A program made the position numbers and the translations under genes. Source: Euglena gracilis (lineage: Eukaryota). Taken from it: a DNA stretch of 64,000 nucleotides. Positions 25,201 through 45,552 of this stretch are shown here, in pieces. The notes under the pieces were generated by a model. That model saw only the letters and a list, made by a program, of their open reading frames with translations, had not been told where the DNA came from and did not search any database. The stretch's first letter is position 1, and the number at the start of each line of letters is the position of its first letter. The stretch spans positions 20,446,642 through 20,510,641 of the forward strand of contig CP154954.1 of assembly GCA_039621445.1 (NCBI GenBank). The letters run 5' to 3'.

Positions 25201-27703
25201 CCCCCCGTTTTGGCTTTGGGAATCATGGAAAAATTTTTTTAGTTTTTTTTTTAACCCCCCCCCAACGGCCCCGCCCCCCCCAGGGCCTCTCCCAGTTTTC
25301 CAGTGTCTAGCTATTGGCTACCATACCTGTGACCCCCCCCCCCCCCCTCGGAAGCCTGAAGTTCTGTTCTTTTATGTTATCCCGTGTTTTCACTAGGGTG
25401 TTTCTCCCCCCCACAGCAGACAAATGGGTTGAGAGTTGTTAGGGTACTTTTTACCTTTTCCAACCAAAAGAGCACACTGACCCACCCCCAAATGCAGGAG
25501 TCTTTTTCCCCATTTTCATCTAACCCCGGAAGGTGGTTTTGCCCTCGTGAAATTTCCGTTCTAGCCACCCCCCCCCCCTGGACTTCTACCCCGAAAACTT
25601 TCTCCGACCCCCCGAAGACCCCGGAGACCTCTGGGACCCTCAGGACCGTTTCCGTTTTTCCCAACTTTCTAAACTGCGGCGCGCCGGGGGGGTCTGTCAG
25701 CGGCGCCCCGGCACAGTGGAGATCGAGGACGAGACGGGGGACGTGCTAGCAGTGCTCCCGAAGGTGATCGATGCCATCGACGGGGCGAAGGCGGCCGGGG
25801 AGCCCGCCTACGTGCACTGCGCCGCCTCGGTTTCCCATCCTGGAAGCCCAATGCCCGCACCCGGGTTTGACTGACGATGCGTGACCAGGCCAGCACAAAA
25901 CCCAGGTCATTCTTGCCTACACTCCCGGGCATTCTGAACCCCCCTCCCCCGCGGTTGGTCAAATTCAGTCTGGTCCAACCCCACCTGCATTACTAAATCC
26001 CCAAATGATACCACGGGGTTTGCTCCTTTTCGCCCGAGGTCCCGGTCCAAAAGGGGGCTATTATTTGGGGGAGTATTCCCTCCTGAAATCTTTTGAAGTC
26101 AAAAAATTCGAGGTTGAAAAGGGCCAAAAAAGAAGCCATTTAACGGATTTGAGGTCAGGAAGAGTGCTTGAAGATGCATTTGCCCAACAAATGTCTCTCA
26201 AAAGAACAGAAATACGGGGGGTATTGTTTTTTGGGGGGGGTGGGAACAGGGATTTTTTTAAGTTTGGACCCCGGGGGGGGGAAGGGGGGGTAGGGTGGGT
26301 GGGTCCGGCCGAGCCCCCCCCCCGGGGGGGGGGGTCCGGGGGTGGGATATACTTTTCGGCGCCGAAAAAATTCTATTTTTAGCACTTTTCGCGATTTTTC
26401 GGCCATTTTTTGTGGGTCCCCCCCCCCCCCCCCCCCCCCCCGGGGGGGGCCCGCCCGCGGGTGGTCGTGGGTGCGTGGGGGGACCCCCCCCTCCCCCCCG
26501 GTCTTAAAAAAACCCCTGGGTGGGAAGGGTTGTACTTTTTGCCACCACTTCCAGCCCGAGAGGGCCAGTGTTCGCCATCGCCTACGTGATGAAAGAGAAG
26601 GGGCTGAACGCCGCTGATGCTACACGGTACGTGGCGGAGCGCTGGGGCGCACCCAAGCCCCAAAGCTCGATTGAAAGTCCCTTGTCCCCCCCCCCCCCGA
26701 TGGTGCCAGACAGCCCCCCCACCCCAATAGTTTCCCCCCTGATAGTGTCCCATACCCACCCTGTGGTCGAGCTGGGTATGGGACACTGTTGGGGGGGGCA
26801 TGGCACATTACATCACAACACAATGCTAGAATTCCGATTCGATCACGAATGAGGTATTTGTGTCTTTTTTTGATGTTTTGAAGTAGCCCAGTGCCCTGGA
26901 TGTGCTTCAACCACCTGACGAAACCTCACTGAATGCAGTTTTGAAACGCCAATGAACGCAGTTCTGAAGTCCTGAAGGTCACAGCCAGGCTTCTTTTTAA
27001 GGCCCCCAAAGGGGCTCCCCTTCGCAACCAGCCCAGCAGGCATTCCCAGTGGGCAGGGGTCACAAAAAAAAATCCATTAGACAAAACAACAACAACAAGA
27101 ACAAACCATCATTTCATCGTTCTTGACCCCTGCTTGAAAATTAGGGATTATTTTGGCAAATATTTTTCAGGTTGGCCTCTGAAAAATACAAACAATACAA
27201 ACAAAAAATTTCCGATTATATTCTGCCGGTTTCTTTTTTCAGAATGTCCGGCTCGGTTCCGGCCTTGCCCTGTCCGGGTGTTGTGTGCTTAAAGAAAACC
27301 CATGTCTCCAATTGGCGCAAATCAAATGGTTTAGGGAATAGGATTCATGGCAGGGCGGGGTGATCCAACAACCAACTCAGGAGGGCCACCCCTCGTGAGT
27401 GAAGCCAGACAAACTAACAAAACAAACAACTCATTTTACTTAGTTTGTGATTCTTCAGTTTTCTCGGTATTTGGTTGTTGATGAGGCTCCCAGCACCTAT
27501 TTCCCCTGTGAAATAAGTTTTTTTTGGTATTTGCTTTCCCCAAGACTCCAGCTGTTATCAACCACTTTCTGTGGGGGCCAGCTCTTTCTCCGCACCACCA
27601 CTCTCGTTGTTCAGTGAGCTGCCATGGGTGCTTGCTGGCAACATTCCCTTGTGACGGTTTCATCGACCAACTGATCACATATGAGAAGCAGCTCCAGAAA
27701 TAA
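22265..27703 (+). CDS. Dual-specificity protein phosphatase (multi-exon)
   Basis: Exons 22265-22352, 22877-22946, 23688-(unresolved), ~24284-24322 (tentative, KYEALGIV), 25716-25836, 26560-26646 and 27636-27703. They give PAEILPWLHIGTKDDA..LNVKTVINA..VEIED..VHCAASVSRGPVFAIAYVM..WVATFPCDGFIDQLITYEKQLQK*, with a CX5R P-loop. Confidence 0.9.
24427..24825. mobile_element. hAT-like MITE (CAGGCTTTTGCTTAAGG...) in a phosphatase intron, CTAGC motifs
   Basis: 8-bp TSD attggggg. Related segments at ~41680-42245. Confidence 0.9.
26247..26518. mobile_element. hAT-like MITE (CAGGGATTTTTTTAAG...CTTAAAAAAACCCCTG) in a phosphatase intron
   Basis: 8-bp TSD ggtgggaa. Confidence 0.9.
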
Positions 27704-30116
27704 GTCCAAAGGGGGCTGGGAACCCTTCCCAGGCTGTATTTTGCAATGCCGACTCACTGGGCTCATGCGTCAAAAATGGGCCCAGCGCTGCCCCGCCCAG
27801 GGTTGACAAGGAGGTCTCTGGGGCCAAAATTATGCGATGATGGTGCTTTCTACGCTTTCAATGGCGAGTGCCAAAGTAACTTGGGCCACACACATAGATT
27901 CACTGAACACCTGTGCGACCCCCCCTGGGGGTGGGTTTTCGAGAGTGGGTGGGTGGGTCGGGGCCTCTGGACCACAGCCAAAATCGTCCCAAAACGCTGG
28001 AAAAAATTTACGTTCAGCAAGGCCAAAACCCTGACCCATGCGCACCCTACCCCTCAGCGGGGGATTGTTTTACTTAAGTCTCAGACCCCCCCCCCCCCAG
28101 GGCCGCCCCCAGGAGGGAAGGAGGGAGGGAGGGTAGGTCATGATCCCCTGGAGGGGGGTCAGATCTTTCCTCCCCCTGTAAAAATACGCACAAAGCGCCA
28201 GAAATTTTTGGGGATTTGAAATTTGCCCCCCCCAAATGGCATTTTCGGGCATTTTTTTTCTCACCGACTCTATCAAAAATATTGTGCAATGCACACACAA
28301 ACACATATCTTATGGCGGGTTCAACCCCCCCCCCCCCCAAGAAGGGGAGCAGGGGTGCCTACATCATTTTCAGTTTGGTGACATTGGGGGTCCCCAGGGA
28401 CAAGCCGAGTGCTTAACCCCCCCCTACGGGGGGCCCTCCCTCTTTTTTTTGTGCGAAGCAACAAAAAAATTTGGACTCAAGATTGTCTCCCCCAAGCCCC
28501 CCACCCCCAAGGTGTGCGTTGCACAGAAATGCTCTCACCAGTAGGAAGGATGTGGTTGCTTCGGTGCCTGACTGTTGTTCAGTCAAATCCAGCCTGCTCC
28601 TCACCATGTTGTCTGCGGCACCTAAGCGCCAAGGGCAGCATGCCAGGTAAGCAATGCCGCATGTGCGGCCCCTCAATGACCCCCCCATTGGGTGTCGGCC
28701 GCCGTGTCAGTATATGATGTTGTGCGTGTACGGCGTACAATGGTGCCTCTGCAGGGTCTGATACTTTGGGGTGGTGGAATGTGGACCATCAAATTAAAGA
28801 GGGCTGTCACCGCCCCCCACCTCCCACGCTTCCTCCCTGATGCCTGAAATGGTCGGGGTCCCTTGTGAAGCCAGGGTCTCTGGGTCAGGAGGTCAGGAAG
28901 TTGTAGCAAACCGGTTCTCGAATTGCCAGGGACAAATGATGGGCGAGCACCCTGCCGTCACAGCGAGCTCCTTCCGCAGCCTCTCAACCCCTGCCTCCGA
29001 TAGGCTGAATTTGACCAACCTGGGGGGGGAGGGGGGGGGGCAGGGCAGAACGGGAAGGCCTGGTGGGGGGGGGTGGTCGACCCCCTCCGACACCCTGGTT
29101 GTTTGGCCGACTCCCGTTCTGCTTTGAGGGAGGGCCCCTCCCCGGGAAGGTGGCCCAGACCTGTACTGCGCTGGAAAAACCGGGCCACATACCACCCCCA
29201 CAAAACTGTCCTCTACCCACTTTTCTCTCACAGGGACCTGATAGTCTGGCTCCTGCCCCGTCTCTTGACAGTTTTTCCCCCACATTTTACAGCAATTTCC
29301 CACAGTGAAGAAAACTACAAACACTTTTTCCAGGTTTCTGGTCATGAACATGTGTGAGCTTTATTTTGGATTCTTCTGTTGGCGGCAAGCAACTGTCATT
29401 TCCCCCTCTGATCGAGACCCCCTCGGAAATTGTCCTCTGGTCCTGCACTCGCTTGTGCGTCCTCACAATGCGTCCTCACAATGCGTCATCACAATGCGTC
29501 ATCACAATACGAGGAAAGTCGTCTTTAATAATGAGGAAAGGTGCTGAAAACCCACCCCAAACACCATGGTCCCCAACCATTACAACGCAAGCTTTTGGGC
29601 ATTGGCTTCGGAAGTTATCATTGTTTTGCACAATACCTTAAAGAGGGGACGTGTTTCGGGTTACCTGACAGTTAGGCCCTGGGCCAATCCGTGTCACCCT
29701 GGCTCGGTCACCCCCCCCTGGTGCATTGGGACAGTGCTGAAACAGGTTGTGTGTTCAAGGATTTCCTTTCTGTCCCAAACATATTTAAAAGTATTCATCT
29801 CAGTTTGAATCTTAAGCCCCCCCCCCCAGTTGTTTGTTCACAAAAACAAGGGAACGCCGTCACACAAGACGCTGTATCAGACCTTCATTTGGGCCCTTGT
29901 TGCAAGTGTTAGGCCGGATGACCTCCTTCCTGGCCTGACCCAGAGCCTTTCTCGCGCTTTCTTGCTGGCCTCCACACTGCTTTTCTAACGTCTATTTTTT
30001 TTCTTCACTTGTTGCAAGGGGGGAATGAAACTATGTTTCTTTTGCAGCCTTTGCATTTTTTCGCTTTTGGTGTTTTTCTTGCATGTTTCGAAACAGTGTC
30101 CATGCATGAATGCATG

Positions 30117-30301
30117 CATGTATGTATGTATGTATGTATGTATGTATGTATGTATGTATGTATGTATGTATGTATGTATGTATGTATGTATGTATGTATG
30201 TATGTATGTATGTATGTATGTATGTATGTATGTATGTATGTATGTATGTATGTATGTATGTATGTATGTATGTATGTATGTATGTATGTATGTATGTATG
30301 T

Positions 30302-30341
<40 letters not shown>

Positions 30342-30796
30342 ATGTATGTATGTATGTATGTATGTATGTATGTATGTATGTATGTATGTATGTGTGTGTA
30401 TGTGTATGTATGTATGTGTATGTGTATGTATGTATGTATGTATGTATGTATGTATGTATGTATGTATGTGTCTGTCTGTATGTATGTGTATGTATGTATG
30501 TATGTATGGTATGTATGTGTCTGTGTGTATGTGTGTATGTATGTGTGTATGTATGTATGTATGTATGTATGTATGTATGTATGTATGTATGTATGTATGT
30601 ATGTATGTATGTATGTATGTATGTGTGTATGTATGTGTGTGTGTATGTATGTATGTATGTATGTATGTATGTATGTATGTATGTATGTATGTATGTATGT
30701 ATGTATGTATGTATGTATGTATGTATGTATGTATGTATGTATGTATGTATGTATGTATGTATGTATGTATGTATGTATGTATGTATGTATGTATGT
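30117..30796. repeat. (TATG)n microsatellite
   Basis: Direct reading, with a few TG interruptions. Confidence 0.97.
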
Positions 30797-31649
30797 AGTA
30801 TGCATACACACCCACACACTTGCGTTTTTTTTTTGTTTTCTTGCTCGTTTTTGTATTTTTGTGCCGCTTTTTTCAAAGTCCACGTTGCATTCTCTCCCCC
30901 CGTTTGTTGTTCACTTCTGTGCTCTTGATATTTTCACAATCAATCTTCACATTGTGCGATTTGTGATGAAATGCGTAGATGGAGCCCCTCTTTGTTGAAA
31001 AATTGAGACAGTAATCATCTCATTAGAGTTTTTGGGGGCAGAAGTAGAGTATTTGCAAAAATAGTTTCACAAGGGTTTTTTGCAGACCATTCAGGTATGT
31101 GCTTCCTCTCGCGCAGTATTGTGCAATCAAGGGCTCTTCAAGAAAAATACATGAGAATTATTGAATCATTGAAACGTTTTCGGAAAGGGGTGGCAAGTCG
31201 ACAAACAATTGCATGCGGTGATGGCTCCAGATTAACCCTGAATATTCAACGATTGCTCATTTTGTGGTAATTTCCTAACTTTTGCTCTTTTGCTCTTTTG
31301 CTCTTTTGCGTCCCCAAACTTTTGCAGTCTAATGTGTCCATTTCGAAAATTGATTGAAAATTGGCATGGCGGCCGTCCACATGACAGGGCAGGGGATGAT
31401 ACTTCGGTCTGCATCGTTGATTCTGATGAATTTGACCCCCTGGGAGGACAAATATCACTGCGCTGGTTGAGTGCCCTCATTCCTCCTCGCAACAGATCAA
31501 TGTCATTTCTTGCAATCTGCCCTGTAGCGACCATAACAGCCGATGTGTGATGGGCCCGAAGCGGAAAGGGGATCGGCCCTCACGTTGATGGGGAGGAGCC
31601 TCCCGCATTTTTTTTGTGGTCCTTTTAATACAATTCGTCTCAGAAAAAT

Positions 31650-31858
31650 CTGTGTGCGTGCGTGCGTGCGTGTATGCGTGCTGTGTTGTGCATGCGGTGT
31701 GTGTGTGTGTGTGGTGTGTGTGTTGTGTGTGTGTGTGTGTGTGTGTGTGTTGTGTGTGTGTGTGTGTGTGTGTTGTGCATGAGTGCGTGCGTGTGTGTTG
31801 TGCATGCATATTGCAAGGGTGTGTGTGTGTGTGTTATGTGTGCGTGTGGTGTGTGGCG
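31650..31858. repeat. Degenerate (TG)n
   Basis: Direct reading. Confidence 0.9.
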
Positions 31859-31903
31859 TTTTGTCCTAAGTGCTTCTTGGCCTCAACGTCGGTGCCCCGG
31901 CAA

Positions 31904-32782
31904 CCAGACCGCCTAGCGGCCACCCTGCGGGCCTTTGACGCCCACTATGGAGCGGTGTACGGCGGCCGCTGGGTTGGCCTCAGGCAGGCGATGCAGCGCC
32001 TGGGGTGAATCTCATGCACCGCCGCGGTGGCGAGGGGTGGCGGTGGCCACTGTCAGTGTGTTCCTGGGGGACGGATCGATGGGGACATGCCTCTGATGGG
32101 AAAATGTTTTTAGGTAACGATCTAAGCTTGATTATGCATGAAAAAATGTTAAAAAAAGGACTGGGATGTTTACTATTTTTCCTCTTGGTTGGGGAACCTT
32201 ACTACCCCCCCCCCCCCCAAGTAATAACCCCCTGGGTATTCTTTTTTTCGCCCGAAGTCCCGGCCCGGGGGGGGGAGGGCCATTGTTTGGGCGGGGCAAT
32301 CGCACCCCAAATTTTTCGAAATTTTTCGAAGTCCCGTAATACGGGCCCAAAACAGCACCCAAAACCACCCTTTGGGGTCATTTTTTTTGTATTTTCTCAT
32401 GAAATTCAGCATTTTTGGAGGCCAGATGATCCAGAAAAATCAATTTCTTTTCGTATTTTTTTTGTCAGAGATTGAGATTTTTACCTATGTTTTCAGGTCA
32501 AAATCCGGGTCGTCGGCCCGAGATTGGGGGGAGGGTATTGATTCGGTCGCCGAAGTTGGAACCCGAGCGGGGGGAGTATTATTTGGGGGTGGTATTATTT
32601 GAGGGGAGGGTTTACTTTGCTCTTGAAGCCCCAAACTCCCGGTGTCTTGCAGCAAGAAAGTCAGCCACAACACCAAAAAAGAAAGTGGGCCGCACTCCTG
32701 TCCTTATTCTCAGCACCGATGGGCCCCATCCCAACCCACGCAGCACATTGTCCGCGTCAACGGCTTTGCCCCGATGGAGGAG
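31904..32782 (+). CDS. N-terminal exons of an NSUN3/NSUN4-like RNA m5C methyltransferase (partial)
   Basis: Exon ~31904-31996 LRAFDAHYGAVYGGRWVGLRQAMQ and exon ~32735-32782 PTQHIVRVNGFAPMEE|gt resemble the F..Y...G..W..R..L......ALVN.F N-terminus. A possible next exon follows ttttctgcag at 33161. No catalytic motifs were found. Confidence 0.6.
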
Positions 32783-33678
32783 GTGTGTTCTTATCCCAAT
32801 GACCCGCTGGAACTGTGCCAAAATAGTTTCGACTCTTTGGGTATTTTTCCCTGCTAAAACATGGTAAACGATACCTTAAACGATGCAAGAAGACAGTTCA
32901 TACTCCGCCCCTAAAACATTTCATGACAGCCGCTGCTGTATTTTTTTGGCACGTGTAAGTGACGGTGTGCAATTTGCCTCAGCTGTTTTTTTTTGCAATT
33001 TGCTGTTGTATATTTGTCGTTTGTGGAGACAGAATTGCATTTTACCCCCCCCCCCCCGTCCAACGACCCCCCCCCCCCCATGTCCAACGACCCCCCTATG
33101 CCCAACGACCCCCCCCCCGGTCAGAGGACACCTTTTCGGACGTTTGATGTTTTTCTGCAGGTGTGTGAAAACTGGAGGTTTGCCAGCCCTGAAAGGCTTT
33201 TCTTCTGCCCTTCTCTTCTACACTGCAGCCCATCGTCCATTAAAATGTTCCCTCTGGGGAGTTTTGTGCATTAACGAGCGCTCCACCGGGGAGATAGTGC
33301 CTGCGGTTGTTGAAGGAGCTTCACCACACTCCTAACATTCCACCATGACATTTTCGGGTGTTTGCTGGGTTGTATGATGGAGTGAAGATGGTTGATGGAA
33401 TGCAGGGATTGTCGACTGGGTATCTTTGTTTTTTTCCCGATTTTGAAGCAATGTGGATTTTTTCGATTCCAAAGTGATCCTGTTTGCTGAGGGCAAGAGG
33501 GGAACATGGGGCTTGGCACACAGTTTTGGAGGCAAACTGTATTTCACACGCGATGTGCTGCGGGATGATTTCATTCCTCCAATTTGGAGGTCCCAAAGAT
33601 GGAAGAACCGAAGAAAAAGAAGGAAGCTGTACCTGTGGTGGGAAAGGATGGAAAAGTTGTGCAAGAGTTTGCCGTGAT

Positions 33679-34039
33679 CGTGTGTGCTGTGCGTGTGTGC
33701 GTGTTGCGTGTGTGGGGTGTGCGTGTGTTGGGTGTGGGTGTGTGCGTGTGTTCGTGTGTGCGTGTGTGCGTGTGTGCGTGTGTGCGTGTGTGCGTGTGTG
33801 CGTGTGTGCTTGTGTGCGTGTGTGCGTGTGTGCGTGTGTGCGTGTGTGCGTGTGTGCGTGTGTGCGTGTGTGCGTGTGTGCGTGTGTGCGTGTGTGCGTG
33901 TGTGCGTGTGTGCGTGTGTGCGTGTGCGTGTGCGTGTGCGTGTGCGTGTGCGTGTGCGTGTGCGTGTGCGTGTGCGTGCGCGTGCGCGTGCGCGTGCGTG
34001 TGCGTGTGCGTGTGTGTGTGCGTGTGTGTGTGCGTGTGT

Positions 34040-34106
<67 letters not shown>

Positions 34107-34137
34107 TGGGTGTGTGGGTGTGTGTGTGTGTGTGTGT

Positions 34138-34188
<51 letters not shown>

Positions 34189-34232
34189 TGTGTGTGTGTG
34201 TGTGTGGTGTGTGTGCGCGCGCGCGCGCGCGC
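33679..34232. repeat. Compound (TGTGCG)/(TG)/(CG) microsatellite
   Basis: Direct reading. Confidence 0.95.
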
Positions 34233-34668
34233 CGCGTGCGGTGCATGAAATTCAATGAAACACACCTGTGGGCAGGATACGTGCGAACGGCTGTGGCTAA
34301 CAGGTAAACCAGAGGGATGGGGGATGGGAACGGTTGAGACAGGCTCACAGCTCAGCGGAGCGAAAAGGCTTTGGCGACGGAATGGGACCATATTTTGTGC
34401 AATTGAACAGAGGAGGGTGAAAATTGGAGCACTCGAAACTAGGAAAATAAAAAAGATAATGGGGTGATGGTTTGCCGGAGGACTGGATCTGGGGGTGTGA
34501 TCATCCAACACCATTGCAAACGATGGCGTGTGATTTTCATTCACCAATGCCCATCACTTTTCTTGAACCTTCAGAGTGATAATAAGACTTCATTGATGGT
34601 CAGCAATTAGGAAATGGCAAAGAGCCTCAGGGCTTTGAGTTTAGTCTCTAAGTTGCTCCCACCACCTC

Positions 34669-42476
<7,808 letters not shown>

Positions 42477-45425
42477 CTGTGAAAACAGCATTGTATTGTC
42501 TGGGATTGTGTGTGGGTAACCCGCTGGTCCTGGAAAACGAGATATGGGCTCAAGGCGAAGTGAGTGGGGGGGGGGGGGCACTTTGGGGGGACCCCCCAAA
42601 GAGCCCATTGTGGGGTTTTCCCCCAAAAGCCCCCACAATGCTTGGCACAATGTTTGTAGGGTGTGGGTGGACTGCCGAGAAAATTTTCATTATTTCTGAA
42701 AGGGTCTGTCACACAATATATGCCCCTATTGACCCTCTATCGCTCCGCATTTGCCGTTTTGGCCGCCGACATGCCTGGCTTTCGGCTTGTTTTCGTGGCC
42801 CAAACCGGCCATTTGGGGTGTTTGGGGGGGGGGGGGGTTGGTCAAAAAAATCGGTTTTTTTGATAAAGAAATCTCAACAATGAAGCAAAATGAAAGGAAA
42901 TGTCCGGAGTCCAAAAATGAAATGGGATGCAACCACGCTAAAAAAATTCCCAACTATCGATTTGACCTTTTTTTCGCCATTTTGGGTCAAAAATCAAAGG
43001 GGCGTTGTCCCCGTGCCCCCCCCCCTGACCACCCCCCAAGACCCCCCGACCCAGATTTGAGACCTCAAAAATTTTGACGGAAACCCCAAGCAATTTGGCC
43101 CTTTTTCGCGGTTTTGCAAGGCTCGTGCCGACCCCAAATCCCCCGTCACCCCCCGTGACCCCCCCAAACTTGTATGGGAATCCTGGAGGGGGGGGGACCC
43201 TTCCAAAACGGGGGGGGGGGGGGGACCGCCCTCCGACCTCCAGTTTTCGGTCGACGAACTTCTCGCCATTGAGTGCAAAATTTCGGCCATTTTTTTGGGT
43301 CAAAAGAATCGGTTTTCCCGAAATTTATCAAAAATGGTGGGGAATCAAAAGAAATGTCCGGATCCCTAAATTGAAGCCCACTAAATGCCCCATCTAACAG
43401 TATTTTGATTTCCCTGCAACTCCTGCCCAGCCCGAGTTACAGCCATTTTTGGCCCATTTTGGCCATTTTGCCAAAATTTCATATTGAGCCTCAAGGGGAT
43501 CCTGAAATACACACCCGGCACGAAGCACAGCAAAAAAAAATCCCCCCCCCCCGCAGAGGAGGAAGAGGGGTGGGGGGACCCCCTTCTGAAACTGGGGGCG
43601 CACCACCTTACCCCCCTAGGGATGGGGGGTGACCCCCCCTACCCACCTCATGTCTGCGGAACTTCCCATACAACCCTGACCCCCCCCCCTGCAACCCGGC
43701 CCACCCCAAAAAAAACTTAAAACATCTCCAAATGGTGGCCAATCAAAGGAAATAACTGGGGAGCTAAAAGCACCCCCACACAATCACAATCACAATCACC
43801 CAATCACACCCCCAATCACATCCAAACAGGTGTAAAATCAAATATTTTTGTGTCGACCACCGTAATTGGACTGTGACATCTTGACAGGCTTAATAATTTA
43901 GGTTGACGAGACAAAAATTGGGAAAGCAAAGGAACCCCCCGCATCCCCCCCCCCCCCCCGTCGCAAAACCCCCCGGGCCTGACCCAGCCCAAGCAGGCCG
44001 GCGGCCTGGCACGGGTGCGCAGATGGCCCTGCAAGTCTATGGCGGGTGATAAAGCGTCTTCGAGGCATTATTTTAGGTCCCCAGTGATTTCTCTTCATCC
44101 TGAAACAAAAGTCATGACATCCATTTGGCTAACACCGGCTCCTTCAAACCCCAATTCGCCAATTGGGGGAGGGGACAATCGGGGGGGGGGGGGGCAAATA
44201 GGGTATATGAGGGATACTTACCAGTTTTTTTTTGCACAAATAATCTCAAAAATTGCCAAATATCCCCAGATTGTGATTTGTTCTGCGTCTCAATAGTCAG
44301 AAAAAGCACCAAAAACACAAAAATGAGATGGCAGACCACACAAAAGAGCATTTTTGCACTCCTCCCAAAACGGAGGATATTATCCTCTAATCCACCAATT
44401 TAATTTTTCTGGAGAAAGCCCGCCAGGCCTGAAATGTTGTAAAGAACCTTCATTTGGGATGGTTTTTTCACCCATCGAACGAAATATCTCCAAGGCAGGT
44501 ATTCTGAGCAACCCTTTTTTCCAGCCTGCCACTTTTGCAAGATGATTCACCTTTTGCGAGAACTATGTCCGACACACCGGTTCGGGTGTGAAGCTGGCAC
44601 CTGTGACCGGTGCCTGGGTTCGGGCTGCCCATGCTCCCCGCGTCCCCCCTCCCATCGTGGCTGAGCGAAGGGGGCCCCCCGATTTCAGGCTGAAATCCGG
44701 GTCAGCCACAGACATTCATTTAGCGTGGTTCACAAAGGCCCGGGGTGTGCCTGGGGGCGACCGCGGCGCCTTAACCTCCTCCTAACTCTTGGCCCAAACA
44801 CATACCTTGACATAGAAAACCGGTCGTAAACTGGGACGTGGGGGGACACGGGGGGGGGGGGGGGGCACGAGGAGATAACCCCACCGTCGGGCCAGGCCAC
44901 CGGTCCGAGCCGGGCCACTGCATTGGTTTAAAAGAATTTTTTCTCAGGGGAGAGGCAAGACCAAAAAAAACTTTTCGTAGGACGACACATGCGAAAGACA
45001 AAAATTGAGATCGCTCATGTGTGGTCACGCTTCATGTGTTGGTCACAGGGGGGGGGGGGGAAGCTTACGAGGGGGCGTGGGGGGGTGGTCACGGGGGTGC
45101 ACACCTGTCATCGCAAGAAAGGTTCCCATTGCACGAAATTTAACAAAAAAATGAGAAACCCGCCCTCTCAAAGTGTCACCCACCCCAAAGTGGCAAAATT
45201 TTTTGGCAAGGCCTGGTTTGCTCCCCTCAAAGCGGCCATTTTTTAATAAGCGCCTTTGGCGCTGAAGGCAAAATTTTGATCCCCCCCCTGTGCCCCCCCC
45301 CCCCCCCGTGACCTGGCCCACCCCCGATCTATTGTGCCAATATGGGGATGTCAACCACCATTTTGGCCAATTTTCCTTTGGCAATTGGGGTGGATTGGAC
45401 ACGGGGGGGAGCTCAGCCCCCCTGG

Positions 45426-45552
45426 CAGGGTTCGATATAAGGACAGGTGGGGGGGGGGGTGGTCCGGACCCCCCCTGCGGGCCAGGAGGGGGGGGGGGTG
45501 GGGGGGACACCCCCCACCTAAACCATGTACGCCCTCCTTATATCAAACCCTG
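45426..45552. mobile_element. Small hAT-like MITE (CAGGGTTCGATATAAGGA...TCCTTATATCAAACCCTG)
   Basis: TSD ccccctgg/ccccctgc. Confidence 0.8.

Noticed and set aside
29980-30003. SL-like gtctattttttttc
   Set aside because: Only a 14-nt match, mostly a T-run, which could be chance.
29985-30998. Long ORFs (HTYI/CMYV repeats), similarly at 33.3-34.5 kb, 39.1-39.5 kb and 10.8-11.2 kb
   Set aside because: These are translations of microsatellites.
28950-31560. Possible minus-strand exons (LSEAGVERLRKELAVT; GQIARNDIDLLRGGMRALNQR)
   Set aside because: No recognisable domain, and I could not link them into a gene.
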